Shown: positions 1 through 13,166 of the stretch, piece after piece
Numbering within the stretch: the first letter of the stretch is position 1
Layout: each line of letters starts with the position of its first letter
DNA from: Octopus vulgaris
Lineage: Eukaryota
Length of the DNA: 64,000 bases
NCBI GenBank assembly: GCA_951406725.2
Contig: OX597836.1
Location: forward strand, 40,982,001-41,046,000
Reading direction: 5' to 3'
The notes under the pieces: generated by a model
Seen by the model: the letters and a program-made list of their open reading frames with translations, nothing else
Told to the model about the DNA's origin: nothing
Databases searched by the model: none
Made by a program: the position numbers and the translations under genes

Positions 1-34
1 ACATGACCCTTTTAACTTTTTTTTCAAAGCTAAT

Positions 35-370
35 CCCTTTCAAGGACTACAACAAATTTTGTTGCATACCCGACTGAATATTAGGTGATGATTCATTTTC
101 TATGGTGATGTTTAAACAAAATTTTAATATTTTTACCTTTTGCTCAATTTACCTGGATTTACCTGTAATTAAAGTCACTTTGAGACAAAAGTTATGCAAT
201 AGAATTGATTAGGAACCCTTTCTTTAATTATGTTCCAAATATCACTTTAATATGTTGATAAGTAAAAAAGTTAGTTATTTAATGAAACAAGCCTAAATTC
301 ATAATTATTTTAGAATTTAATTGAAACTCATGAGGGGTGTATTTTGGTCAGAAATATAGTAACGAAAGGG
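35..370. mobile_element. piggyBac-like MITE, third family (degenerate)
   Basis: CCCTTT left end and AAAGGG|TTAA right end; related decayed sequence at about 55330-55710. Confidence 0.4.
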
Positions 371-1199
371 TTAATGTTATGATGTATAATTATGGTAAAG
401 AATACTTTATGGAAAGCGGACGCTAAACGATGATGATGATGATGATGATGAATACTTTACAAGCATTCACAGATCCTAAATAAAACAAAAGTAATTTCAG
501 AATTGTGACCTTTTGAACTTTTACCAGGTATAGGCCTGTAAGGTTAAGGTGCATGACTTGGTAGTTAGGACACTATACTCCTGCTCACAAGATTGTAGTT
601 TTGATTCCCGGAATAGGCAAGCTGTTGTGTTCTTGAGACAAACACTTTTGTTTCACATAGCTCAGGCCACCCAGCTGTACATGAGTAACCCTACGATGGA
701 CTGGTGTCCTGTTCATGGGGGGTAATTCACTTTCTAACATTTAAACCGGCAATATCTGGCTCAAATATTCTACCTGCCTTTTTTGTTCAAAGTGACCGGA
801 TCTGGCCTATCACACCTACACACTACAATGTCACTCGGTTGTCGTCCTGGTTATTTATACCTCATAGAAACTGGCCCTTTTAAGTCCTAGGACTGAAGAT
901 AGTAATGTCCAGTGGTTGATGATATGCACATGTAAAAGTATATCTGCTGTATAAAAAGTTAATGTAGCAACATTTACCTAATTGAGCCCCCCCTCACTAG
1001 AAAATCGATGATGCTGTGTTTAATTTTACATTTGTTTTTTTCCTCTATGTTGTGTAGATTTAAAATCCTTCTAAACACATTTTTTAATATATTTTTTCTT
1101 AAGTCTTAGGATTTTAATTTGAGCATCAGGCATTTGGATCTGGCAAAACTTTGCTTTAATTATGCGTTGTGTAGTTTAATATAATTTTACAACTGTCTA

Positions 1200-1279
1200 C
1201 AATAATGCCTCGTTATACGAGTTAATTCGTTCCTGGAGAATGCTTGTAGAGTGAAAACTCGTAAAGCGAGGTATTATTG
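1200..1279. mobile_element. 80-bp Tc1/mariner (Tigger-type) miniature inverted-repeat element
   Basis: TA|CAATAATGCCTCG ... CGAGGTATTATTG|TA terminal inverted repeats with TA duplication. Confidence 0.6.
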
Positions 1280-1916
1280 TATATTGATCTAACATTGATG
1301 AATGATATATATATATATATCGGCGGTGCATCAGCATGGCCGCAGCTCTGAGCTGAGACTAGAGAAGAAAAAAAAATAATATATATATATATATATATAT
1401 GTAAGGGAAAGTTTACGAAAATAAACGAAAGACGAAGGCAGGTGGATTACAAACAAACAAATGTATTAGTATAGCGCTCAGGAATAGAAAAAGTCTTTTA
1501 CGTTTCGAGCCTACGCTCTTCGACAGAAAGATACACAGAAAAAAGCAAGGAGAGAAAAAAATGCGTGTAGGAGCTAACGTGTGTGTGTTAAATAATATTT
1601 GACTTGGTGTTATGTTATTGTGGGTAATTGAAGCAGATTTTTAACAAGAACATGTTCTGGTAAAAGTGCTAATTTTTTTTCATGTGAGCATCGAACGAGG
1701 TCTATCTAAGGCAGAGTATTGTAACTGAGTGCCCTTCCTGTTGTCTAGCAGAAGTTCTTTTTGAAGCAAAGGATTTCTTTTTATATTCCTGGTGTTCAAA
1801 AGCACAAAGTGACTGGTCATAATATCAAAGAATGTAAGCATTATATCAGTGTTTTTTTACTCAGATAACAAGTGAATCTGTGGAATGTGAACGTTTGCAC
1901 GTACACATTCACATGC

Positions 1917-1950
<34 letters not shown>

Positions 1951-2427
1951 AACCACCATACTCTGCCAATTCTCTAAAAGAATTGGCTGGCTTGGTATTA
2001 TTATTATAGAAGAAAAGTACTTATCCGAGATAAAGTGTAGGGCTGGACCTGTAATCGTGGTTGCAAAGCTTGCTTCTTAAACACACAGATGCCTGTGCCT
2101 TTTGTATATACACAAGCTAGATATGCAATGGCATATAAATGGAAACGAAATACCTCCTGCTTTTGTTTTCCATTTTGGTTTTATTTGACCTGAATTACTT
2201 TGATGCCAGTCAAGTGGTAAACAACGTTGATTGATATAATTTGATGTGGACACACTTATGTAGAAATGTTTGTTATGAATTTCATAGATGTAACATTATT
2301 ATTATAATAATTTAAATTCTTCATGACACATCAGTTAGTATGGATAACATGTACAACTTCTGCCATCTTGAATAAGACCAATTTTCTTGGAACTAGAAAA
2401 TTAGGTCATATTTCATCATCCTTTAAA

Positions 2428-2964
2428 CCCTTTCATTACTGTATTTATTTTGAGATTTTCAGTGTTTCTCTCAGTTATTTTAAATATAACAAAGAATTTA
2501 GTAAAATAACTTAGTTATCATTAATCTAGTGTTAGGAACATAAATTGTGACTAAGGTTTGGTGGAAGATTTTAATTCAAAATTTATGAAAACAAGACATT
2601 TGTACTCAGAGCCAGAGCCAGGTTGGTATCAAAAGGGTTAAATATAACAAAGAATTTAGTAAAATAACTTAGTTATCATTAATCTAGTGTTAGGAACATA
2701 AATTGTGACTAAGGTTTGGTGGAAGATTTTAATTCAAAATTTATGAAAACAAGACATTTGTACTCAGAGCCAGAGCCAGGTTGGTATCAAAAGGGTTAAA
2801 TATAACAAAGAATTTAGTAGAATAACTTAGTTATCATTAATCTAGTGTTAGGAACATAAATTGTGACTAAGGTTTGGTGGAAGATTTTATTTAAAAACTT
2901 ATGAAAACAAGACATTTGTACTACAGAGCCAGAGCCGGTTTCAGCCGGGTTGGTAACGAACGGG
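2428..2964 (+). mobile_element. piggyBac-like MITE family E2 with its 3' part in three tandem copies
   Basis: CCCTTT start; units 2484-2637, 2642-2795 and 2800-2964 each end GGG|TTAA. Confidence 0.75.
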
Positions 2965-3348
2965 TTAACGTCTGTCTTCCATGCTGGCATGGGTTAGAAC
3001 TGGCCAGATAGAAGTCGATACCAAGCTACTGTTTGTTTTCTCGTGGTTTTTATGGCTGGATGCCCTTCTTAACACCCACCTTTTAGAGTGGACTATGCTT
3101 TTTGTATGGCACTAGCACAGGCAAGGTCAGTTTTGGCATGGTTTTACAGCTGGATGACCTTTCAAATGCCAGCCACTTTACAGTGTGGCCTGGATACTTA
3201 TGTGGAATCAGCACCAGCAGGGTCACCATTTCTCATGTATAATGTATATTCTTAGTTTTAGGGCTAAAAATTCTGGAGGGTAAAGTGTGATGTGTTTCAG
3301 TGTATATACACTTTCATATACACTTCCATCCATATTTAAAAATATGGA

Positions 3349-3742
3349 TGGAAGCACTCCGTCGGTTACGACGACGTGGGTTCCGGTTGATCCGATCAAC
3401 GGAACAGCCTGCTCGTGAAATTAACGTGTAAGTGGCTGAGCACTCCACAGACACGTGTACCCTTAACTTAGTTCTCGGGGATATTCAGAGTGACAAGGCC
3501 GGCCCTTTTGAAATACAGGTACAACAGAAACAGGAAATAAGAGTGAGAGAAAGTTGTGGTGAAAGAGTACAGCAGGGATCACCACCATCCCTGCCGGAGC
3601 CTCGTGGAGCTTTAGGTGTTTTCGCTCAATAAACATTCACAACGCCCGGTCTGGGAATCGAAACCGCGATCCTACGACCGCAGTCCGCTGCCCTAACCAC
3701 TGGGCCATTGCGCTGCCCTAACCACTGGGCCATTGCGCTGCC
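3349..3742 (-). mobile_element. tRNA-derived SINE family C
   Basis: Minus-strand head with A box TGGCCCAGTGG and B box GGTTTCGATTCC; near-identical copy at 28651-29034; 25-bp tandem duplication at the head. Confidence 0.8.
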
Positions 3743-4552
3743 ACTCAGTTTTAGAACTACCTCCTCAAATAGTTATATTGGTTCTACTCCGTTTAATCCT
3801 TTAGCATTCACGTTATTCTGTGAAATGTAATGTCTATTAATATTGTTTTCAACTAATCATTTACTGTCTTGTTGAGATCTTGATGATGTGATGGTATATT
3901 TTCAAAATGACATTGTAGGTAGGTGTGATGAGGTAGGATCTGGCCAGTTTGAAAATAGGGGTAGAATATTTAGGCGGGAAATGGCTGGATTAAATGCTAA
4001 AGGGTTCATCTTTACTCCTTCTTTATCATTGAGATTTTTCCATCAAATGTAATACTTATTAATTCACATTGTTTTAAATTAAACCATCTTATAACTTTGT
4101 TATTTTTAAAATGACATAGTAGGTGTGAGAAGCCTGATCTGGCTGGCTTGGGCATAACACATGAACATTTGAATCAGAGATGGCTGGTTTAAATTCTAAA
4201 GGGTTAAAACTGAACGATGGTCACGAAAATTGATATTAAATTTTTGAAATTTCATTTTCATTTGTTGGACAATATTTTCAATATATCTGTAACAAATAAT
4301 TTGAAACCAGATCATTGCATCATCCACATTGTTTAAACATAACTGCTTATGCTTGAAAGACATAAAATCATCAAGGCAAGTTTTCTGTATAGCTGAATGC
4401 TCTTGTCACTAACGTTCACCTGTTTCCAAATAAGGTAATGATTTCCATTGTTCTTTTCAACATAAAGACTACAATGGCGGGACATGATTTCGTGGCTGTT
4501 TGTATTTGAAAGAACAAAGGGTCCATAACTTCCTTTTCATATCAACACATCT

Positions 4553-4780
4553 TATTTCTTTACTGCCCACAAGGGGCTTCACACAGAGGGGACAAACAAG
4601 GACAGACAAATGGATTAAGTTGATTATATCGACACCAGTGTGTAGCTGGTACTTTAATTGACCCCGAAAGGATGAAAGGCAAAGTCGACCTCGGCAGAAT
4701 TTGAACTCAGAACGTAGCAGCAGACGAAATACCACTAAGCATTTCGCCCGGCTTGCTAACATTTCTGCCAGCTCGCCACC
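4553..4780 (-). mobile_element. SINE family B monomer
   Basis: More than 10 copies in the window; 13-bp TSD tcatatcaacaca (4537-4549 / 4781-4793). Confidence 0.88.
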
Positions 4781-5437
4781 TCATATCAACACACCTGAGA
4801 CCACCTTTGGCTTTGAGACTAACTCCATTTTAAAATTATCAAAATGAAAACCTTCCATCAAAGTTTCCTTCTAATTTGTTTCAAACACCAGCTTAACCCA
4901 TTAGCATTTAAACCTTACATATCCAGCCCAAATATTCAACCTGTTTTGTGTTCAAAACTGCTAGATTTGGCCTCTCACACCTACTCTACAATGTCCTTCT
5001 AAAAAATAAGCTATGAAATATAATACATGATTAATTCAAAACAATGTGAATAAATATTACGTTTGATAGTAATCTGAATGCTAAAAGGGTTAATAATGGT
5101 AAAATTATTTTACGAAATTCGTCATTGTTTTTAAAATTAATTGAAACAAAGTCAGTATATTTCAGTAGAAATAGGATAACAAAAGGGTTAAATATAATTT
5201 AGAGGGGAGGAAATATCTAGTGTTTATCCCCAAAAGGCAAATAAGATTCAAGAGAAACCTTATGAAAGTCAGCTGAGATGTTAGAAAAATTAGCAGAAAT
5301 AGGGTAACATCCAATATCCTAGAAGAAAGTGAAGTTCTCTGTTGGTGCCATCATTCACAAACTTATAGACCAAATTATTAAGTTGTTGCTGAGAGAACAT
5401 CTGTTTGTTTAGATGCTAGCTATTACCATTTTGATAC

Positions 5438-5698
<261 letters not shown>

Positions 5699-5831
5699 CG
5701 AAGGCGAACAGCTCAAAATGGTTTTTCTCTCACATCACCTCACAGCAATTGAACTTATTGGAAGCTTTTCTGCAAATTCTCTTATTTGTAGGTTGTTTAT
5801 AGAAAGCAGCATTACATTAAAAAATGTTTAA

Positions 5832-6052
5832 CCCTTTAGCATTTAAACCGGCCATATCCAGCCAAAAGTATTCTGCCTGTTTTATGTTCAAACTGGCCAG
5901 ATCTGGTCTCTCACACCAACCCTACAATATCATTTTAAAAATTAACAGCTACCTCATCAAAATCTCATAGCTACAAGATAATGCCTGATTAGTTCAAGGC
6001 AATGTGGCTGAAAAAGCATTAATTTTGGTAGAATAATGCAAACACTAAAGGG
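5832..6052 (+). mobile_element. piggyBac-like MITE family E1 (221 bp)
   Basis: TTAA|CCCTTTAG ... CTAAAGGG|TTAA; same-length copy at 19660-19880 and many decayed copies. Confidence 0.85.
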
Positions 6053-6283
6053 TTAAAGCAATATGGAAGGATTTTAGAAATGTCACAAATTTAAACCAGT
6101 GTGGTAGGTTTTTATAAATTAAAAGATTTGAAGAAAGACTGCTATACAAATTATTTTTATCCGTTTTATAACTATATTTAACTATTTATGCTTATTAGTT
6201 TAAATTAATTTTTCAATATACAGGCATACCTTGACTGGAGTCATTTTGAGTTTTTGATTTTACATCAGATCTTTATCTTTTAA

Positions 6284-6669
6284 CTTTTACTTGTTTCAGT
6301 CATTTGACTGCGGCCATGCTGGAGCACCACCTTTAGTCGAGCAAATCGACCCCGGGACTTATTCTTTGTAAGCCCAGTACTTATTCTATCAGTCTCTTTT
6401 GCCGAACCGCTAAGTGACGGGGACGTAAACACACCAGCATTGGTTGTCAAGCAATGCTAGGGGGACAAACACAGACACACAAACATATACACACACATAC
6501 ATATATACGACAGGCTTCTTTCAGTTTCCGTCTACCAAATCCACTCGCAAGGCTTTGGTCGGCCCGGAGCTATAGCAGAAGACACTTGCCCAAGATGCCA
6601 CGCAGTGGGACTGAACCCGGAACCATGTGGTTGGTTAGCAAGCTACTTACCACACAGCCACTCCTGCGC
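6284..6669 (-). mobile_element. tRNA-derived SINE family A
   Basis: Head GCGCAGGAGTGGCTGTGTGG...GGTTCAGTCCC (A/B boxes), internal TA/TG microsatellite, tail ...GAAACAAGTAAAAG. Confidence 0.88.
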
Positions 6670-6844
6670 TTATCAGATTTTTTTTTTTTTTTTTTTCTCT
6701 CTACTTTCAAAGAAATCAATTTGAAAAATAAACTTCAGCAAAATAAGTCTCAGAAATCTCGAAAAATAAGTCTCAGAAAAGATATTTAAAAACTAATACT
6801 GGAGGTGGAAAATCAAATAAAATACACGTGAAAATATCTGAGTG

Positions 6845-7195
6845 CAGAAGAAGCTTGCTTCCTAACCATGTGGGTTCAGTCCCACTGTGTGGCACCTTGG
6901 GCGAGTGCCTTCTGCTATAACTCTGGGCAGACCAAAGCTTTGTGCGTAGATTTGGTAGACAGAAACTGAAAAAAGCCTGTTGCATGTGTGTGTTTTTGTG
7001 TGTCCCGCACCACCACTTGACAATTGGTGTTAGTGTGTTTCTGTCCTTGTAACTTAGTGGTTCTACAAAGAGCCTGATAGAATAAGTACCAGCTTTAGCA
7101 ACAAAAAAAAAAAAAAAATTAAGTACTGGGGTTGATTAATTTGACTAAAAATTCAAGGCAGTGCTCCAGCATGGCAACAGTCTGACTGAAACAAT
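6845..7195 (+). mobile_element. SINE family A, decayed copy
   Basis: Colinear similarity to family A; head-to-head with 6284-6669. Confidence 0.7.
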
Positions 7196-8122
7196 TAAAC
7201 TGAGAATAAAAAAAATGTACAAACCATTTATCAAAATTTATAAGTTAATAAAGTTAAATTTTTTTGTAATTTTGTAATTAAGTTGCATGTCTTGGCACCA
7301 ATTAACGACATCAGTGTGGCTGTAATATTTTGGAGGGGTTTACTAAATATCCAATTTTGGATATTTAGTATAATATTGGTGTATATTTAGTATGCTGGGG
7401 TTTCATGCTAATTACGTTTCTGATACGCTTTAGGTGAAGCAATCTTGGAAGCGGATTTTATTTTAGGAATGTCTTAATTTTCATTGACTTTCAAATACTA
7501 ACAAATGTTAGTGTTTATTTAGTTTCAGTTTTTATTGATATCAAATTCTAGCAAATTAGTACATTAAAAATACATAAAGTAGTAAACCAGCTCATTTCAA
7601 TAAACAGTTCTGTAAACAAGTGCAAGGAGACTCTACTTCGTATTGTTTAGCTCTATTTTTACTATTGTACTATTTTTACCTCTCACATTAAACAATTGTT
7701 ATGGAAAGTTTGAATCACTTGAGACCAGCAGGAGTGTAGTTATACCCTCTTACTTTGCTTAAAATCTTGTACTACCATCTTGTAATAGAGAAATCATTTT
7801 GTGTTTTACTAAAAGTATATAATTTTCTTTGTTGGTTGCCACTTGAATACTCTAACATGTGTTTAAACTGTTGAGTGTGTATGTGTGTATATATGTAGTT
7901 TGTGTGTGTGTGTGTATACACATGCATATATAGAGATTATTAGAATCTCCCTCCGGTCAAAACCTTGAAGTATGTTGTGTATAAAGAATACCAGTTGTCA
8001 AGGTTAATAATGTAAAATCTAGTGGTGGTGGTGGTTGGTATTTTAGGATGCAGACATACCACATGTTCCATGTGGTTAATAAGTTTGCCACCATGTGGTT
8101 TTCGGTCCAGTCTTATTTTTTT

Positions 8123-8352
8123 CTATTTCTTTACTACCCACTAGGGGCTAAACACAGAGGAGACAAACAAGGACAGACAGATTAAGTCGATTATATTGAC
8201 CCCAGTGCGTAACTGGTACTTAATTTATTGACCCCAAAAAGACGAAAGGCAAAGTCAAGCTCCGCGGAATTTGAACTCGGAACGTAACGGCAGACGAAAT
8301 ACGGCTACGCATTTCGCCCGGTGTGTTAACGATTCTGCCAGCTCGCTGCCTT
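8123..8352 (-). mobile_element. SINE family B
   Basis: Colinear with the other family B copies. Confidence 0.85.
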
Positions 8353-10059
8353 ATTTTTACGGGATATATTTGTTAGTCTGAGAATTATGGAAGTTTTGTA
8401 GATTAGAAACTTCAGGTGTGTGGTCTGTGTGTTTGCATGGTATGACCAAATTTAATGTCTGGAACTAAAGTGCTCTCTTTGGGTTGCAGCTCTTCATTTT
8501 GACTTGGCCTTAACTCTTTAGCATTTGGATTACTTTATCAAATGCTTATCTATTCAGTGTTTTTAATTAATTATGCATTGTCTTGTAGCTGTGGGATTTT
8601 AATGATGTGGCTGTTTATTTTTAGAGTAACATTGTAGAGTAAAATGTCTGGATGATTTGAATATAAAAACAAGTAGAATATTTTGGGTCAGATATATCCA
8701 CTTTAAAGCATTTGGTCCCATTATTTGTCCCCATTATTTTAACCCTTTAGCATTTGAAGATGGTGTCCTAGAATGGCTGTACTCTTAACACTGGAAACAG
8801 TAAAGAATAACAGAATTTTAAATCTATTTCTTTTCTGATGTTATAGGTCTGTCATTTAACCCTTTCATAGCCACATGCCCGAAATATAACTGGTTTAGAA
8901 TTAATTTTGAAAGTAATCAAGACTTCGGAAAGAATCAGTAAAATAATAAACTTTATTAAGCTAGGTGTTTGAAAACATTGATTGATTTTAATTGAATTAT
9001 GAACATTTTAAAAACAGTGGAAGCTTATAAAAAAAAAAATACAGGCAATGCAGATTGGTACGAAAAGGAATTAACTAGCCATATGATTTTGTGGCTCCTG
9101 GTCTATTGTATCTACACTATTTCTGTGTAATTAATATTTGATATAGTGAAATCTGGAAGGCAAGGAAACTGGTGATGGTCTGCAACAGAAGAAAAATATC
9201 ATTAAAGATAGGTAGTTTGTATAGGATAGTGGCTCTTAACTGGGGTTCATTATAAGATTTTGTTGTTAAAATATGTGTAATAAACTGCTTAATCTTCTAT
9301 AATACACAATGTTTTAACCTTTTTTTTTACACAATTCCTAAAAACATTTAACCCTTTAGCATTCAGATTATTCTATCAATGGGAATCAATAGGCATTATG
9401 TTTGATAGAATAATCTGAACACTAAAGGGTTAAAGATAGGTAGTTTGTATAGGATAGTGGCTCTTAACTGGGGTTCAATGATGTGATTCTTTATTCTTAA
9501 AATGACACAATAAGGTAGCTATGAATGACCATATCTGACTAGTTTGAACATAAAATAGGTAGAATATTTTGGACGGATATGGCCGGTTTAAAAACATTTA
9601 AACTGGTTGTATCTGGCCTGAAATTTTCTGTTTTATGTTGAAACAGACCAGACCTTGCCTCTCAGATCTACCTAACGATGTCAGTCAAAGCATAAACATT
9701 CACATCATTGAAATTGCGAAGCCATGAGATAATGTATAATTAATTCAAGTCAGTGTGAATGAATGTTACATTTGACAGAATAATCTGAATGCTAAAGGGT
9801 TAATTATAAAAATACAATAGTATTTTTTTTTGTCTTTATATACATCGAATGGCTGCGGTGATCCAGTAGAATAAAAGAGGAATCGGAGATCCATAGCCAA
9901 AATATGGTTGAGAAGCACTAATGAAGAGTATAGATCTTGTTGTTTTGGGGGTTCTTGGCCTTTCATCTGAAAATAAGAGAGGAAAGAATACTGCTTTTGT
10001 TTGGACTTAGTTTTGAGCTTACTAATAAAAGGCTTGGTATTTTAGGCAGTGTACTGAGC

Positions 10060-10265
10060 AGGCCGGGCGAAATGCTTAGCGGTATTTCGTCTGCCGCTAT
10101 GTTCTGAGTTCAAACTCCGCCAAGGTCGACTTTGCCTTTCGTCCTTTCGGGGTCGATAAATTAAGTACCAGTTACGCACTGGGGTCGATGTAATCGACTC
10201 AATCCCTTCGTCTGTCCTTGTTTGTCCTCTGTGTTTAGCCCCGTGTGCGTAATAAAGAAACAGGT
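10060..10265 (+). mobile_element. SINE family B (5' clipped)
   Basis: Colinear with the other family B copies. Confidence 0.85.
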
Positions 10266-10966
10266 ATTTTAGGATCTCTTCACTTAGCATCACAAATGAA
10301 TATTGATCTTAAACCTTAATATTTGATATTTATTGAGTTACTTTGAATATTTTCTTCCATGAAAGAACAACGCCCTACTTTTGTTACTAATTAATGTTGA
10401 ATCGTTACAACAAAGCTGATACAATCTCGTCAATTTTTCACTCTGATTAGCTTGGAATTGGTTTATTAGTACATATACAAAACGCATTTTTCTCTTAAAA
10501 GCAGAATTGCTTCTACCAGATCCTCTTAGCTCTTAATCCTGTCGCACTGTAATTACTGTTAATTTTCGGAATAGTTTAAATGTCATCTCTGCCAGATTCC
10601 TAGTGAAGCGGCAATGAACAACATGCGTAGAAAAAGATGCAGTTGACTCTGCAATTGTTACTCTTGAGCTGTATATGCAACTATTTCTTTAGCTCAGGAG
10701 CCTAGATGGTGGGGTAAAGTTGGACACAGGTCTGAGAGGGTTAAGGACACAGGTCTGAGAGGGTTAAACCTGATTTAGAGCACTGTCAAATTATACCAGA
10801 TTTAGTCAGGTGTATTTTTACTGATTACTACTACTACTCTGATTCCCCCATTCCTGGTTAGGAATGTCCTCTGATATTCTCTCACGGCTTCTGGTTGAAC
10901 TCCTGCAAGCGTTACACAAATTATATACAGATAAATGAAACATTTGGGTCTGAGTAAAATCTTCAT

Positions 10967-11168
10967 TACTCTTTTACTTGTTTCAGTCATTTGACTGCGG
11001 CCATGCTGGAGCACCGCCTTTAGTTGAACAAATCGACCCTGGGACTTATTCTTTGTAAGCCCAGTACTTATTCTATCGGTCTCTTTTGCCGAACTGCTAA
11101 GTGACGGCGACGTAAACACACCAGCATCGGTTGTCAAGCAATGCTAGGGGGACAAACACAGACACACA

Positions 11169-11248
<80 letters not shown>

Positions 11249-11413
11249 TATAGACGGGCTTTTTCAGTTTCCATCTACCAAATCCACTCACAAGGCTTTG
11301 GTCGGCTCAAGGCTATAGTAGAAGACACTTGCCCAAGATGCCATGCAGTGGGACTGAACCCGGAACCATGTGGTTGGTAAGCAAGCTACTTACCACACAG
11401 CCACTCCTGCGCC
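10967..11413 (-). mobile_element. SINE family A
   Basis: Full-length copy with expanded internal (TA)n. Confidence 0.88.
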
Positions 11414-11876
11414 TATTGTATAATTTGTTAGCATGGCTGTGTGGTTAAGAAAGAAGCTTGCTCTGCAACCACATGGTTTCAGGTTCAGTCCTACTGTACG
11501 ATACTTTGAGTAAATGACATCTGCCTAAAGAGCCAAGCTAGACAATGTTTTGTGAGTGAATTTGGTAGATGGAAACTCTGAAAGCCAGTTGTGTTTATAG
11601 AGGTGTTTGTGTCCTCTGCTGACTGTGTAGCAACTTGAGTTGGTTTATTTATGTTTATGTAATTTAGTTTTTGCCAAAATAGACAGATAAAGTACCAGAT
11701 TTAAAATCGGAAACATAAGTACCGAGTTTGATTCTCTTTCTCCTCCTTTCAAGGTGACTGTTCAGTGACTGAAAAAAAGGGGAAAAAAAAGTTATATTTA
11801 TCTTGAGCTCAAGGTGTGAACCATTTCAGTTCTTATGAGATACCAGAGGAGCTTAATGCTGTTATCTTCTCTTAAC

Positions 11877-12097
11877 CCTTTTGTTACCATATTTCTGTTG
11901 AGATGCTCTTTGTTTCTTTCAATTAATTTTAAATATAACGAAGAATTCGTAAAATAATTTAGTGTATCATTAAGCTAGTGTTAGGAACATAAATTGTGAC
12001 TAAGGTTTGGTGGAAGATTTTAATTCAGAACTTTTGAAAACAAGACATTTGTACTACAGAGCCAGAGGTGGTTTCAGGCAGGTTGGTATCAAAAGGG
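11877..12097 (+). mobile_element. piggyBac-like MITE family E2, monomer
   Basis: TTAA|CCCTTTTG ... CAAAAGGG|TTAA; further copies near 20741-20962 and 46616-46816. Confidence 0.82.
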
Positions 12098-12648
12098 TTA
12101 ATGTTCCCTATTAGTTAATTTATCCAATTTGATTGGAATCATTTTTCTCAATTTGACATGGGTTTATTTCTGTTATTGTCATCTAATTAACTTATAACAT
12201 TGTCAGTTGGAGATTGATGTAGATTAAAATAATTTTAATTCAAGATAAGTCTCTCTCAATTCCAATAATTTTGCCAGCAATGGTGGATAGTGACTTATTG
12301 ACTTAGCATAAGTCACTATCAGTTTTGTGTCCTTATGATGAAATCTTCCTCAGGTTGCATTAACCTTTCCATTCTTCTGGGTGGGCTTGAAACAAATCCC
12401 AATCTACTACTCCTATCCCTTAAGGTATGTAGCCCTGGGAAAATGATATTATTTGTCAATTATTGCATTGGTTTGTATTTGTGAAAGTTGTATAGGATGA
12501 TCAAAATACATATTGATAATCCCTAATTCTTACCCACCCTCACTTGTGCAATGTATTAAAGACTGTTGAGAATTATAATTAAATATTTGATATTTGGCTA
12601 TAGTTTTGTCTTTTCTTGTAAGGAGTCGCCATTTTATTTAAATTTTAG

Positions 12649-12723
12649 GTAATGCGATATCCTCAAGCAGATACCAACCCTATGACAGGGACTCCATATT
12701 TACCACAAGGAAGAGCAAATAAG
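12649..12723 (+). CDS. pum: Probable upstream Pumilio coding exon (VMRYPQADTNPMTGTPYLPQGRANK)
   Basis: ttttag| acceptor and AAG|gtaagg donor; 75 nt, open, phase 0-0, so it joins the phase-0 acceptor at 14941; no recognised homology. Confidence 0.5.
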
Positions 12724-12894
12724 GTAAGGATATCTCGAGTAGAGCCTTACTCGACCACATAAGGCTGTGAAGTAAACTACTTGTAACCTGGTTCTCCTTA
12801 AAATGTTGTTTTCCCCCTCCTCCTAGTAAAAAAAAAATTAATCTTTCATTGGTTGTGGCTTAGCTAGGATGCCAACATTAGATTGGTTTATTTC

Positions 12895-13166
12895 GCCAGC
12901 CTCGTCTGGCACCTGTGTCGGTGGTACATAAAAAACACCATCCTAGCGTGGCCATTTGCCAGCCTCGTCTGGCACCTGTGTCGGTGGCACATAAAAAGCA
13001 CCCACTACACTCACGGAGTGGTTGGCGTTAGGAAGGGCATCCAGCTGTAGAAACACTGCCAGATCTGACTGGCCTGGTGCAGCCTTCGGGCTTCCCAGAC
13101 CCCAGTTGAACCGTCCAACCCATGCTAGCATGGAATGCGGACGTTAAACAATGATGATGATGATGA
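12895..13166 (+). mobile_element. Retroposon family D (SINE or LINE 3' end with (GAT)n tail)
   Basis: GGAAGGGCATCCAGCTGTAGAAAC...CCAACCCATGCTAGCATGGAA..GGACGTTAAAC(GAT)n; many copies. Confidence 0.8.
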
